IMG/VR virus record: IMGVR_UViG_3300028840_003539 | Direction: 5' to 3' (one strand) | DNA from: an uncultured virus (IMG/VR IMGVR_UViG_3300028840_003539) | Taxonomy: Duplodnaviria > Heunggongvirae > Uroviricota > Caudoviricetes | Length of the DNA: 20,000 nt | Shown: in pieces, positions 7,291 through 14,660 of the stretch | Layout: each line of letters starts with the position of its first letter | Numbering within the stretch: the stretch's first letter is position 1 | Made by a program: the position numbers and the translations under genes | Notes under the pieces: generated by a model | What the model saw: only the letters and a program-made list of their open reading frames with translations | What the model was told of the DNA's origin: nothing | The model's database searches: none

Positions 7291-8691
7291 ATGGCAACCT
7301 ACGCACTGCCGACGAACATCATTCTCGGCAACAACGCAGAGAGCGTGCCCAAGGTCGTATTCCCGTTTCGGGACGCGCTCAACAAGCTGACGGGCGGCAC
7401 GGGCGTCAACCCGGTAACCGACATCGGTGACCCCGCAGCGGGCATCGACGTCAGCCCGCTGTCCTACCAGGCCGGCTCACAGGATCTGGAAGACGGGCTG
7501 GTCGACGGCGCCCTCGCGACTCCCGTCGGCGGCTACTACTTCGCCTACGGCAGCGGCAACCGCGCCACGCCGCAGAGCAACCCGTTCCTCTTCGCCCAAG
7601 TCTTCGGCATGGAGATCGCCGAATTCTTCTCGTGGTGGTACGAGGGCACGGTGGGCATCGGGGCCGAAGTCGACGCGGAGATGGTGCTGAAAAGCGTGCC
7701 AGGACCCGCGTGGGTGCCCGGGACGCTCAACGGTCTGGACTCCGGCATGAAGCTGATGGAGTGGCAGATCGCGCAGCAAAACAACGCTGGCCAGCGGGGT
7801 CTCGGTGGCAGCATCTACGACGGGAACACCGGCAACCAGAGCACCTTCCCCAACGCCCTGGGAAAACACGACTACGCCAACATGATCGTCTTCCCGATCT
7901 GCGCCACCGCCGGCGAGAGTGGTGGCTGGTTTAAGGAAGCGGTAACCCTCAAAAAGATGACGCTCGGCAAGTGGTCGGACGGCTCGATCATCAAGATCAG
8001 GCTGGCCGACGAGCCGAAGTGGATTCACTTGCTGGCATTTCCGAACGTCGCCGCGCCCGACGCCATCGACTCCACCACGCCGCTGGCCGACGTCGCCAAC
8101 GGCAACTACAACTGCCTGGAGTACAACATGCCGTTGGGCGACAGCTCGACGATCAACGGCCTGTTCCCGAACTGGCCGGACGTCGCCGACAGCATCATCG
8201 CCCTGGGCATCAAGCACTACTACATCGGGACGTGGCAGACGCCGTTCCGTGGCCGCGTGTTGCTCGTCAACAGGTGGTGGTACAACACCCTCACCATCCA
8301 GGAGCAGCAAGCCATCACGTCCGCCGCGTATCAGTGCGCGATGTCCAACCTGGCCTACATGATGCAGGGTCAGGATGCGATCATCGACCGATTCCAGCTG
8401 CTCGGAGGCGTCGTCCACGAGTCACTGCCGAGGGATTATCTCGGCGTGCTGCGGGAGGCGACCGACGAGATCATGGAGACGTACAACTCGCCCAACAAGA
8501 CGCCGCCGCCGCCGGGCTACACGGCTTCGTCCGAGGACAGCCCACGCGAGTACGAGGCGATGATGCGTCACTGCCGCGCCTTCTGCCGCCACAACTCCGT
8601 CCGCTGGCGCTCGGGCAACCTCGACCGCAGGTTCCGTTTCGGCTCGCGGCTCGACTACGTGCCGAACCTCCAACCCGACGTGAAGCTGTAG
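7291..8691 (+). CDS. Divergent TRAP transporter substrate-binding protein (DctP/TakP-like), no evident signal peptide
   Basis: The motif order matches the TakP-type family: FGM..EFFSWWYEG, IVFPICATAGESGGWFKEAV, KIRL, NGNYNCLEYNMPLGD, KHYYIGTW, LLVNRWWYNTL..EQQAI..AA, LPRDYLGVLREATDEI. Confidence 0.75.
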   Translation: MATYALPTNIILGNNAESVPKVVFPFRDALNKLTGGTGVNPVTDIGDPAAGIDVSPLSYQAGSQDLEDGLVDGALATPVGGYYFAYGSGNRATPQSNPFLFAQVFGMEIAEFFSWWYEGTVGIGAEVDAEMVLKSVPGPAWVPGTLNGLDSGMKLMEWQIAQQNNAGQRGLGGSIYDGNTGNQSTFPNALGKHDYANMIVFPICATAGESGGWFKEAVTLKKMTLGKWSDGSIIKIRLADEPKWIHLLAFPNVAAPDAIDSTTPLADVANGNYNCLEYNMPLGDSSTINGLFPNWPDVADSIIALGIKHYYIGTWQTPFRGRVLLVNRWWYNTLTIQEQQAITSAAYQCAMSNLAYMMQGQDAIIDRFQLLGGVVHESLPRDYLGVLREATDEIMETYNSPNKTPPPPGYTASSEDSPREYEAMMRHCRAFCRHNSVRWRSGNLDRRFRFGSRLDYVPNLQPDVKL

Positions 8692-8704
8692 GCAACGAAG
8701 CCAC

Positions 8705-8735
8705 GGTCGGGAGCTGCCTAGCGTGGCTCCCGGCC
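8705..8735 (+). terminator. GC-rich hairpin after the TRAP-like gene
   Basis: GGTCGGGAGC pairs with GCTCCCGGCC (10 bp incl. one G-U), 13 nt after the stop; U-tract is weak. Confidence 0.5.
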
Positions 8736-8758
8736 GGTGCTCTTCATCAAGGCACGCC

Positions 8759-9130
8759 ATGATCACCGCTGACGACGACCACTACACGTTCGGCTACGGC
8801 GCCGAGGAGTCCTGGTGGGAAGACGAGACGCCAGAGCAAGACTCCTGGTGGCAGAAGCTGATGGCGTACGACCCTGGCGTCAAGACGGCCTACGACGCGT
8901 ACAAGCAGGCACGCGCCGCCGGCATCAGTCCAGCAGAGCTGATCGATCCCGGCGTCGCGAAAGCTGCTACCGTATCCAAAGCTGCTGCAGTCGTCGCAGC
9001 CGCGCAGATAGAAGCCGAAGCGAAGAAGCGGCTTCGAAGCGCTGCTGAAGGCGGTGCGACAGCTGGCTTCGTCGTCGGCGCGCTGCTCGTCGGCGGGCTT
9101 CTCCTCTTTCTCCTCACCAAAAAGAAGTAG
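8759..9130 (+). CDS. Protein with C-terminal membrane anchor
   Basis: MITADDDHYTFGYGAEESWW...; Ala-rich helix; FVVGALLVGGLLLFLLTKKK. Confidence 0.75.
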   Translation: MITADDDHYTFGYGAEESWWEDETPEQDSWWQKLMAYDPGVKTAYDAYKQARAAGISPAELIDPGVAKAATVSKAAAVVAAAQIEAEAKKRLRSAAEGGATAGFVVGALLVGGLLLFLLTKKK

Positions 9131-9461
9131 ATAGACGTCTGCCACCTGCGCTTCGCCGGGGAGACGTCTTCTGTGGAGATGTGACTCACGTGGGAGGCGG
9201 GCGCCTTCGGGTGAGCCCGCAGCAAGCGTACTTCAGCCCCCCGCTGCTCGTCAACTTTCTTTGTATCCTCAACTACTTTTCCGTAGTCCCGCTAACTTGC
9301 TTTAGCAAAACGTCAGCACTACTACAATTTGGCCTTGAGCAGCCAAATCTCGTTCTGTAAGCTCTACTACATCAACGGCAGGCCAGCGCGACCCCCAACC
9401 GCCCTCTGGCGCTGCTACTCGGCCAGCGTTCTGTCGCAACGCTGTCGCCTTGGAGGGTCGC

Positions 9462-10934
9462 GTGCCACTCACAGCACTGCGTCTAGTCAACAAACCAGGG
9501 CGCCGCCGCCGCAAGCCCTTCCCGAGCTACAGCAGCGCCGGCGCGAAGCAGAAGAAACGGAGGAAACCCGTGCCGCAGACCAGGCGCAAGGTACTCAAGC
9601 GCGTCAAGATGGGCAAGGGCTACCGCTGGAGCTACGGCGGGAAGCTGATCCCCGAAGCGAAGGCCAGGCGCATCAAGGCCGCGCGCAAGCTCACCGGGAC
9701 CAAGCCGCGCAGCAACCCGACGCGCAAGAAGCGCACGGCTGTGAAGAAAGCGCCGGCCCGCAAGCGCAGCGTGCGCTACGTGCGCAGCCTGACCAAGCCT
9801 GCCCGTGCTCGCATTCGTCCGATCAAGAAGACGGCCGCGAAGCCTCGCACGATCAGTCGTGTCGCTGCGGCGCGTGCAAACCCAAGGCGCAAGAAGCGCG
9901 TGTCGACTGCGACGCGCAAGAAGATCTCCGCCGCTCTGAAGCGGTATCACCGAGGGACCAAGCGGGCGAGCAGCAACCCGCCGACGAAGAAAAGGAGAAA
10001 GACCGTGGCAAAGAAGACCACGCGTCGTCGCAAGACCACTCGGCGGCGCACCAGAAGCAATCCTCCCCGCAAGCCCAGGTACGGCACCAAGGCGTACTAC
10101 CGCTGGCTCGGCAAGAAGGGCGCAGCGGCGCGTCGGCGCAAGAGCGGAGCCCCGAAGCGGCGCCGCAAGACGACCACCAAGCGTCGTGTGCGCTTCAAGC
10201 GCGGCGCGACCCGCTACAGCAAGCAGCGCGTGCTGCTGCGGCGCAAGCCCCGCGGCCCGCGTGTCAGACACCGCATCCGTCGGCGAACCTACTCACGGAA
10301 GGGCCAATCGCACTACCGCTACAGGATCGTCAAGCGCAACCCAGGCCTCAAGGACATCGGGGCGCTGTTCGGCAAGGTGCTGCCGATCTACGGCGGCTTC
10401 ATCATCTCGCGCATCGGCGCGTCCGCCATCAACACGTACCTCGTGCCGAAGATGGGCGGCTTGCAGACCTCGCTCGGCAAGGCGGCTCCGCTGCTGTCGC
10501 CGGCGCTGCTGCTCGGCCTGTCGGTCTTCGCTGGCCCGAAGGTGCTCAAGGGCAAGACCGGCGGCCAGATCCTCGAAGGCCTGCAGCTCGGCAGCGTCCT
10601 GCAGATCTTCGACGGCATCGGCAAGCAGTTCATCGCGCCGGCGCTCGCCGGCCAGCCCATGCTCGCGTCGGCCTTCGGCGGCTACGACGACATGGGCGTG
10701 ATGGGCATGGGCGCCTACATGGCCGACCCGACCGGCTACAGCCTGCCGCCCGCGCACGCGACGATGGAGCCCGGCATGGGGCTGGACGTCCACGAGGCGA
10801 TGGCGCTCGACGCCTACGTCGCCGACGACGGCCTCGGCCTGAGCGTGGAGGAAGCCCTGGCTGACTCCGAGAGCGCGTACATGCAGCGCGGTGGCGCTGG
10901 TGGCTCGCTCGCCAAGACGGTGTTCACCTACTAG
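9462..10934 (+). CDS. Arg/Lys-rich protamine-like protein with hydrophobic helices and an acidic Gly/Met tail (putative genome-condensing core/membrane protein)
   Basis: GGAGG then GTG at 9462; about 290 aa almost devoid of acidic residues, with five xxNP motifs; then amphipathic/hydrophobic helices and a GMG/GLG acidic tail. A second in-frame RBS+GTG occurs at 10005. Confidence 0.8.
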   Translation: MPLTALRLVNKPGRRRRKPFPSYSSAGAKQKKRRKPVPQTRRKVLKRVKMGKGYRWSYGGKLIPEAKARRIKAARKLTGTKPRSNPTRKKRTAVKKAPARKRSVRYVRSLTKPARARIRPIKKTAAKPRTISRVAAARANPRRKKRVSTATRKKISAALKRYHRGTKRASSNPPTKKRRKTVAKKTTRRRKTTRRRTRSNPPRKPRYGTKAYYRWLGKKGAAARRRKSGAPKRRRKTTTKRRVRFKRGATRYSKQRVLLRRKPRGPRVRHRIRRRTYSRKGQSHYRYRIVKRNPGLKDIGALFGKVLPIYGGFIISRIGASAINTYLVPKMGGLQTSLGKAAPLLSPALLLGLSVFAGPKVLKGKTGGQILEGLQLGSVLQIFDGIGKQFIAPALAGQPMLASAFGGYDDMGVMGMGAYMADPTGYSLPPAHATMEPGMGLDVHEAMALDAYVADDGLGLSVEEALADSESAYMQRGGAGGSLAKTVFTY

Positions 10935-10953
10935 GCCGCGCAGCGGTCTGGTG

Positions 10954-11013
10954 AAAGTAAACCGACCCGTAGGTGTGCCTGCGGGTCACTTTGCCCTGAC
11001 TTCATCCAGGGCA
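10954..11013 (+). promoter_or_regulatory. Two tandem hairpins in the leader of the capsid-like gene
   Basis: GACCCGTAGG-TGTG-CCTGCGGGTC (10964-10987) followed by ACTTT; TGCCCTG...CAGGGCA (10992-11013). Confidence 0.6.
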
Positions 11014-11074
11014 CGTGCGTGTCGGTTTCCTCCCGACGTTAAAAAAGGACGGTAGCGCACGAGGAGAAAGAAAG

Positions 11075-11683
11075 ATGCCAAAGCTCGTTGGAGTCCGTGA
11101 AAGAAGGCACCAGCCGTTCTACGACACCCTGTTCCGTTGCAACGCGGACGGGCCGGCGCCGAGCGTCGGCCGCACCACCAGGCTCTTCGCCTCGGGGACC
11201 AGGCTCAGCGACACGTCCTGGACCAACATGAACATGGCCGGCGCGCTGCCGTCGGACAACACGTTCATCATCCTCTCGATTCGCTGCTGGATGTTCTTCA
11301 AGGGAACGACGCAGGTACCGGAGCCGTTCACCGCAGCGGACGCATACGTCCAGATGGTGCACCAGCTCTACCTCAACTTGTTCGTCGGCGACAAGCCGCA
11401 GTTCCTCGCGCCGTCGTGGTACTTCCCCGCAGGCGGTGGAATCGACGGCGACAATTCTTCGACGCCGATCGCGAACAACGGCGTGCCGTCGCAGGAGTCG
11501 ATCCTCAAGCTCGCCAAGCCGATCCCGGTGCCAGCACGCCAGCACTTCTACGTCGAAGCAACCTTCTTCGACACAGGCAGTGTCTCGGTGCTGGACAACA
11601 TCATCAACATCAACGGCGATGGCATGCCGTTGCGCGAGTGCAAGGTGATGCTCGACGGCATCCACACCCGCGACGTTCAGTAG
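11075..11683 (+). CDS. Candidate major capsid protein (single jelly-roll-like; inferred)
   Basis: Strong GAGGAG RBS; 202 aa, beta-rich; QPFYDT..TNM..GALP..FIILSI..LAKPIPVP..FYVE..VMLDG; strongly biased codons; flanked by hairpins; directly after the basic core-like protein. Confidence 0.55.
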   Translation: MPKLVGVRERRHQPFYDTLFRCNADGPAPSVGRTTRLFASGTRLSDTSWTNMNMAGALPSDNTFIILSIRCWMFFKGTTQVPEPFTAADAYVQMVHQLYLNLFVGDKPQFLAPSWYFPAGGGIDGDNSSTPIANNGVPSQESILKLAKPIPVPARQHFYVEATFFDTGSVSVLDNIININGDGMPLRECKVMLDGIHTRDVQ

Positions 11684-11743
11684 CACTTCCGCGGGCACGG
11701 CTACGCCCTTCGGGGTCACGCCTACCCGCTGTCGTGTGCCTCT

Positions 11744-11772
11744 GCCCCCCAGGGTACGCCCTGGGGGGCTTT
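11744..11772 (+). terminator. Perfect 11-bp hairpin with short U tract
   Basis: GCCCCCCAGGG-TACG-CCCTGGGGGGC then TTT. Confidence 0.65.
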
Positions 11773-11830
11773 CCTCTACCAAGGGTAGAGAGGTGCCGCC
11801 CACCATCAGCGGCCAAGGCAGGAGAAAACG

Positions 11831-12466
11831 ATGGCCCCGCAGCGGAGGAACAACAACGCTGGCGCTGTCATCGCCAACATGGCGATGCGCCTCCAGCATC
11901 ACGAGGCGCAGCTGCAGCAGCTCACCGCGCTTCAAAAAGCCACCGCGGATGCACCCAAGTGGATCGAGCAGATTCCTGGTCGCCGCGTGCCGTTCGGTGG
12001 CGTCATCGACATGCCGATCCCGGCAAACTCAACCTCGATGGTCAGTGGGCTCTTCAATGTCGCCGAAGACGGCCCGTTCGTCCTCACCGCCGTTGCCCTC
12101 TTCTACAAGCTGACCGAAGGCGACTTCGCAGGCATCTGGGGCTACGCGACGGCTGCTAGCTCACGCATCATTTCGACCTACCCCGCGGTAGGGTTCGTCG
12201 GGATGGACAAGCCGCACGTCACCAGCGGCGGCCTGCAGATCGTCGACCGGGGCAGCGACCGCCTCTGGCAAAGCAAGGAGCTTCCCACGTCGCTGTTCAG
12301 CGAAGAAGCTGGCGGCGTCTACGTGCTGCCCGTCGCGTGTCTGTTCGAACGCAGCAGCGCGGTCGAGGCGACGTTCGCGCCTGGCGTGGCGGTCGAGTAC
12401 GCGGGCCTGGTGGAGTGCATCCTGCTCGGCTACAAGATCGTCCAAGGACAGTCGTACCAGCCGTAA
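11831..12466 (+). CDS. Second beta-rich capsid-like protein (candidate single jelly-roll paralog)
   Basis: AGGAG RBS; N-terminal helix, then DGPFVLTAV..LQIVDRGSDR..LPVACLF..VEATF..CILLGYK. Confidence 0.6.
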   Translation: MAPQRRNNNAGAVIANMAMRLQHHEAQLQQLTALQKATADAPKWIEQIPGRRVPFGGVIDMPIPANSTSMVSGLFNVAEDGPFVLTAVALFYKLTEGDFAGIWGYATAASSRIISTYPAVGFVGMDKPHVTSGGLQIVDRGSDRLWQSKELPTSLFSEEAGGVYVLPVACLFERSSAVEATFAPGVAVEYAGLVECILLGYKIVQGQSYQP

Positions 12467-12477
12467 GGAGGCGTTAG

Positions 12478-13149
12478 ATGGCCGCCCCACGACGGCATGG
12501 ACATCCTTGGCGCCAGGCGCCGACGCCTACGGAGCGTGGCGGTGACCCCACTGCGCTTCGCGGCGAGCTGACGCCCGTCGGGCCGGCGCCTTCCAGAGCC
12601 ACCACCTTTCCCGTCAGGGAGATGGACGCCTGGATTCGGACGCTCCCACCCAAGCGCATCACGAACCTGGTGGTCAGCGGCGAGGTGAGGTACGACCACA
12701 CGCTAAACGTCGGGCAGAAGCTCTCGATCGTGCTGGCCCCACACGTGCCGCGGGAAGGCTACGTGTGGGTCATCAACGACATCGACTACTACGCGACGAT
12801 ACCGCCGGATGGACTGGTGGGACCGCCGCAGAACCTGGCCCCGGAAGCGCTGGTCGGCATCCTCCGCTGGGAGTTGCTGTTCGGCGGCACGGCGCCGCTG
12901 CTGACGCCCGCGCAGCGGATGTCGCCGTACGCGCCTGGGCCTGCGCAGTCGACGTCGGGCTGGCCGTGGCTGAACACGCCGTTCGGTCCACAGCGGATGC
13001 CAGCTTTCGCACTGTATTCGGCGGGCACCGAGGAAATCCGCGTCGACGTCACCGTCGAGGCTCTGCCGCGCTTCCCGATCACCCGGTTGGGCGCAAACCT
13101 ACACGGCTTCACGGTAGACGCGTCGCACTTCCCGACCACCTGGATGTGA
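12478..13149 (+). CDS. Third beta-rich capsid-like protein
   Basis: AAGGAGG RBS; Pro-rich N-terminus; VPREGYVWVINDIDYY..LRWELLF..IRVDVTV..ANLHGF. Confidence 0.55.
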   Translation: MAAPRRHGHPWRQAPTPTERGGDPTALRGELTPVGPAPSRATTFPVREMDAWIRTLPPKRITNLVVSGEVRYDHTLNVGQKLSIVLAPHVPREGYVWVINDIDYYATIPPDGLVGPPQNLAPEALVGILRWELLFGGTAPLLTPAQRMSPYAPGPAQSTSGWPWLNTPFGPQRMPAFALYSAGTEEIRVDVTVEALPRFPITRLGANLHGFTVDASHFPTTWM

Positions 13150-13155
13150 GTCGGG

Positions 13156-13313
13156 GTGTTGGAGGGCTTAGAAGGCAGTAATACGGCGATCTTGCGCAAG
13201 AACGAGAGGCTTAGGGGGTCGACTCGTAACTAGCGCGCGCAACAGCCGGAGCGACACCGGCACTGGGGCGGACAACCCTTTGCTGTACTACTGCCTTCTT
13301 GGCTCTCTGACAT
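13156..13313 (+). ncRNA. Unassigned highly structured intergenic RNA
   Basis: Long closing stem 13156-13189 / 13280-13313 (~31 bp, several G-U pairs on + strand, perfect AGAAGGCAGTA/TACTGCCTTCT core) enclosing several short hairpins. Confidence 0.55.
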
Positions 13314-13327
13314 GGTAGGATGGTGAC

Positions 13328-13744
13328 ATGTCACGATACGTCCTCGAACAGGGTCGTCGTCACAACCCCACCGCGTTTGCTCCACGTCCGTACCCGCGAG
13401 GCCAAGTCGGCTGGCCGGCCCAGCTGCTGACGCCCAACGCGAGCACGTACGTCGCGCCAGGCAGCACGCTGACCCACCTTGGGCAGGATGAGCCCAAGGA
13501 CAACAGCAAGCTGATCATGGGGCTCCTGCTCATCGCTGCGGCCATCGTCCTCTGGAAGCTAATCACGCCCGGCGCAGGGCGCAACCCCGGAGGCAAGAAT
13601 AAGGTCGCCCGCGTGTTCAAAGGCGCGAGCGGCTGGTACTACAAGCTTGCGCGCAAGAAGGCGCGTCGCTACGGCCCCTTCGACAGCGAGTGTGCCGCGA
13701 CCGAGGCAGCCGAACGCAAGGGCTACAGCGTAGTGGAGGATTAG
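13328..13744 (+). CDS. Single-pass membrane protein with two NP motifs
   Basis: AGGA RBS; RHNP, HLGQ, TM LIMGLLLIAAAIVLW, GRNP, then a small basic GWYY...YGPFDSE..A domain. Confidence 0.8.
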   Translation: MSRYVLEQGRRHNPTAFAPRPYPRGQVGWPAQLLTPNASTYVAPGSTLTHLGQDEPKDNSKLIMGLLLIAAAIVLWKLITPGAGRNPGGKNKVARVFKGASGWYYKLARKKARRYGPFDSECAATEAAERKGYSVVED

Positions 13745-13745
13745 C

Positions 13746-14039
13746 ATGGGCAAGCCACAGACGCCGCAGACCGCGCGCAGGCGCGCCGCGCGCATGGTCG
13801 ACGGTGCGAGCGCGAACCAAGCCTGGGGAAGCGCCCCTGACTTCGAAACCGCGGTCGAGGCTGCTACGGAGGCCCTGTACGACGCCGACTGGTGGGTCAC
13901 TGCTGTAACCAAGCATCGTGGCTTTCAACATCGGCTCACCCGTCCTGGCAGGCGCCGCATTCGCACGATGTCGCGTGCCCTGTTGCAGGCGGCAGACTTC
14001 CTCGCCTCGCTGTCCTACGCGTTCGAGGAGGAGGCCTAG
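13746..14039 (+). CDS. Hypothetical protein
   Basis: GGAGG RBS; fits exactly between neighbours with 1-nt gaps. Confidence 0.7.
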   Translation: MGKPQTPQTARRRAARMVDGASANQAWGSAPDFETAVEAATEALYDADWWVTAVTKHRGFQHRLTRPGRRRIRTMSRALLQAADFLASLSYAFEEEA

Positions 14040-14040
14040 C

Positions 14041-14445
14041 ATGCCCTACGCAAGCAAGGCCCAACACAGGCTCTTCCGCGCGATGGAGTCGCGGGGCGAG
14101 CTGCCCAAGGGCACCGCATCCCGCTGGATGCGCGAGACGGCGCACTACGAGAGCCTGCCAGAGTACGTGAGCGGCTTCGGCGCGGACGCTGAATCCCGCG
14201 ACACGTTCTACGACCTGGCGATCTTGGGCGCTGGCCTGCTCGGCGGCTTGGTGCTGCCGAAGCGTTACAAGATCTGGTCTTCGATCGCTGCTATCGGACT
14301 CGTCGTCACTCGGGGCTTCGCTAAGTCTTCGTGCCACGAGAAAGCGGCAGCGCTACACGCACGCGCAGCGGCGGGCGAGCAGGTCAAGACGCCGGAGATC
14401 GACTCCTGCATGGGCTTCTGGCCGAAGTTGAAGTTCGCGTCATGA
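14041..14445 (+). CDS. Membrane protein with N-terminal MPxxSKAQ..RGELPKGTA..W module
   Basis: GAGGAGG RBS; MPYASKAQHRLFRAMESRGELPKGTASRW..LPEYV, then SGFGA and two hydrophobic segments. Confidence 0.75.
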   Translation: MPYASKAQHRLFRAMESRGELPKGTASRWMRETAHYESLPEYVSGFGADAESRDTFYDLAILGAGLLGGLVLPKRYKIWSSIAAIGLVVTRGFAKSSCHEKAAALHARAAAGEQVKTPEIDSCMGFWPKLKFAS

Positions 14446-14657
14446 CGCAGTCGTACTACAGCTTTGGTCAGGCCACGACGCCCGCGACGACTGAGCCTGC
14501 AGCAGCGCAGCCGCCGACGCAGACCTTCTGGCAGCGGCATGGTGCAGAGATCATCGTGGGCACCATCACCGCGGTGACGGGCGCGCTGGCGGTCTACTTC
14601 GCCATGCGGCTAGTGGAGTTCCGCGACGTGGCACGCGCGCACGAGGCACGGGGGTGA
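14442..14657 (+). CDS. Small membrane protein
   Basis: ATGA overlap; MTQSYYSFGQ, Pro/Thr/Ala linker, TM IIVGTITAVTGALAVYFAM. Confidence 0.75.
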   Translation: MTQSYYSFGQATTPATTEPAAAQPPTQTFWQRHGAEIIVGTITAVTGALAVYFAMRLVEFRDVARAHEARG

Positions 14658-14660
14658 TCT

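Noticed and set aside
7477..8418. 313-aa minus-strand ORF, and similar long antisense ORFs at 4304-5077, 6459-7256, 11039-11935 and 17895-18614
   Set aside because: These lie antisense to well-supported genes. Such stop-free mirror frames are expected in high-GC coding DNA.
9329..10864. 511-aa overlapping + strand ORF
   Set aside because: It is a shadow frame of the low-complexity basic gene (Gln/Ala/Glu pattern from shifted AAG/CGC codons) with no RBS. The 9462 frame has an RBS and a coherent domain structure.
11137..12159. 340-aa + strand ORF bridging two capsid-like genes
   Set aside because: Arg/Pro/Ala-rich off-frame composition, and it runs through the hairpin cassette. No slippery site was evident.
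13156..13313. tRNA, 6S, SRP or tmRNA identity for the structured RNA
   Set aside because: I could not identify a T-loop/anticodon cloverleaf, SRP GGAA domain, 6S central bubble or tag reading frame, so it is left unassigned.
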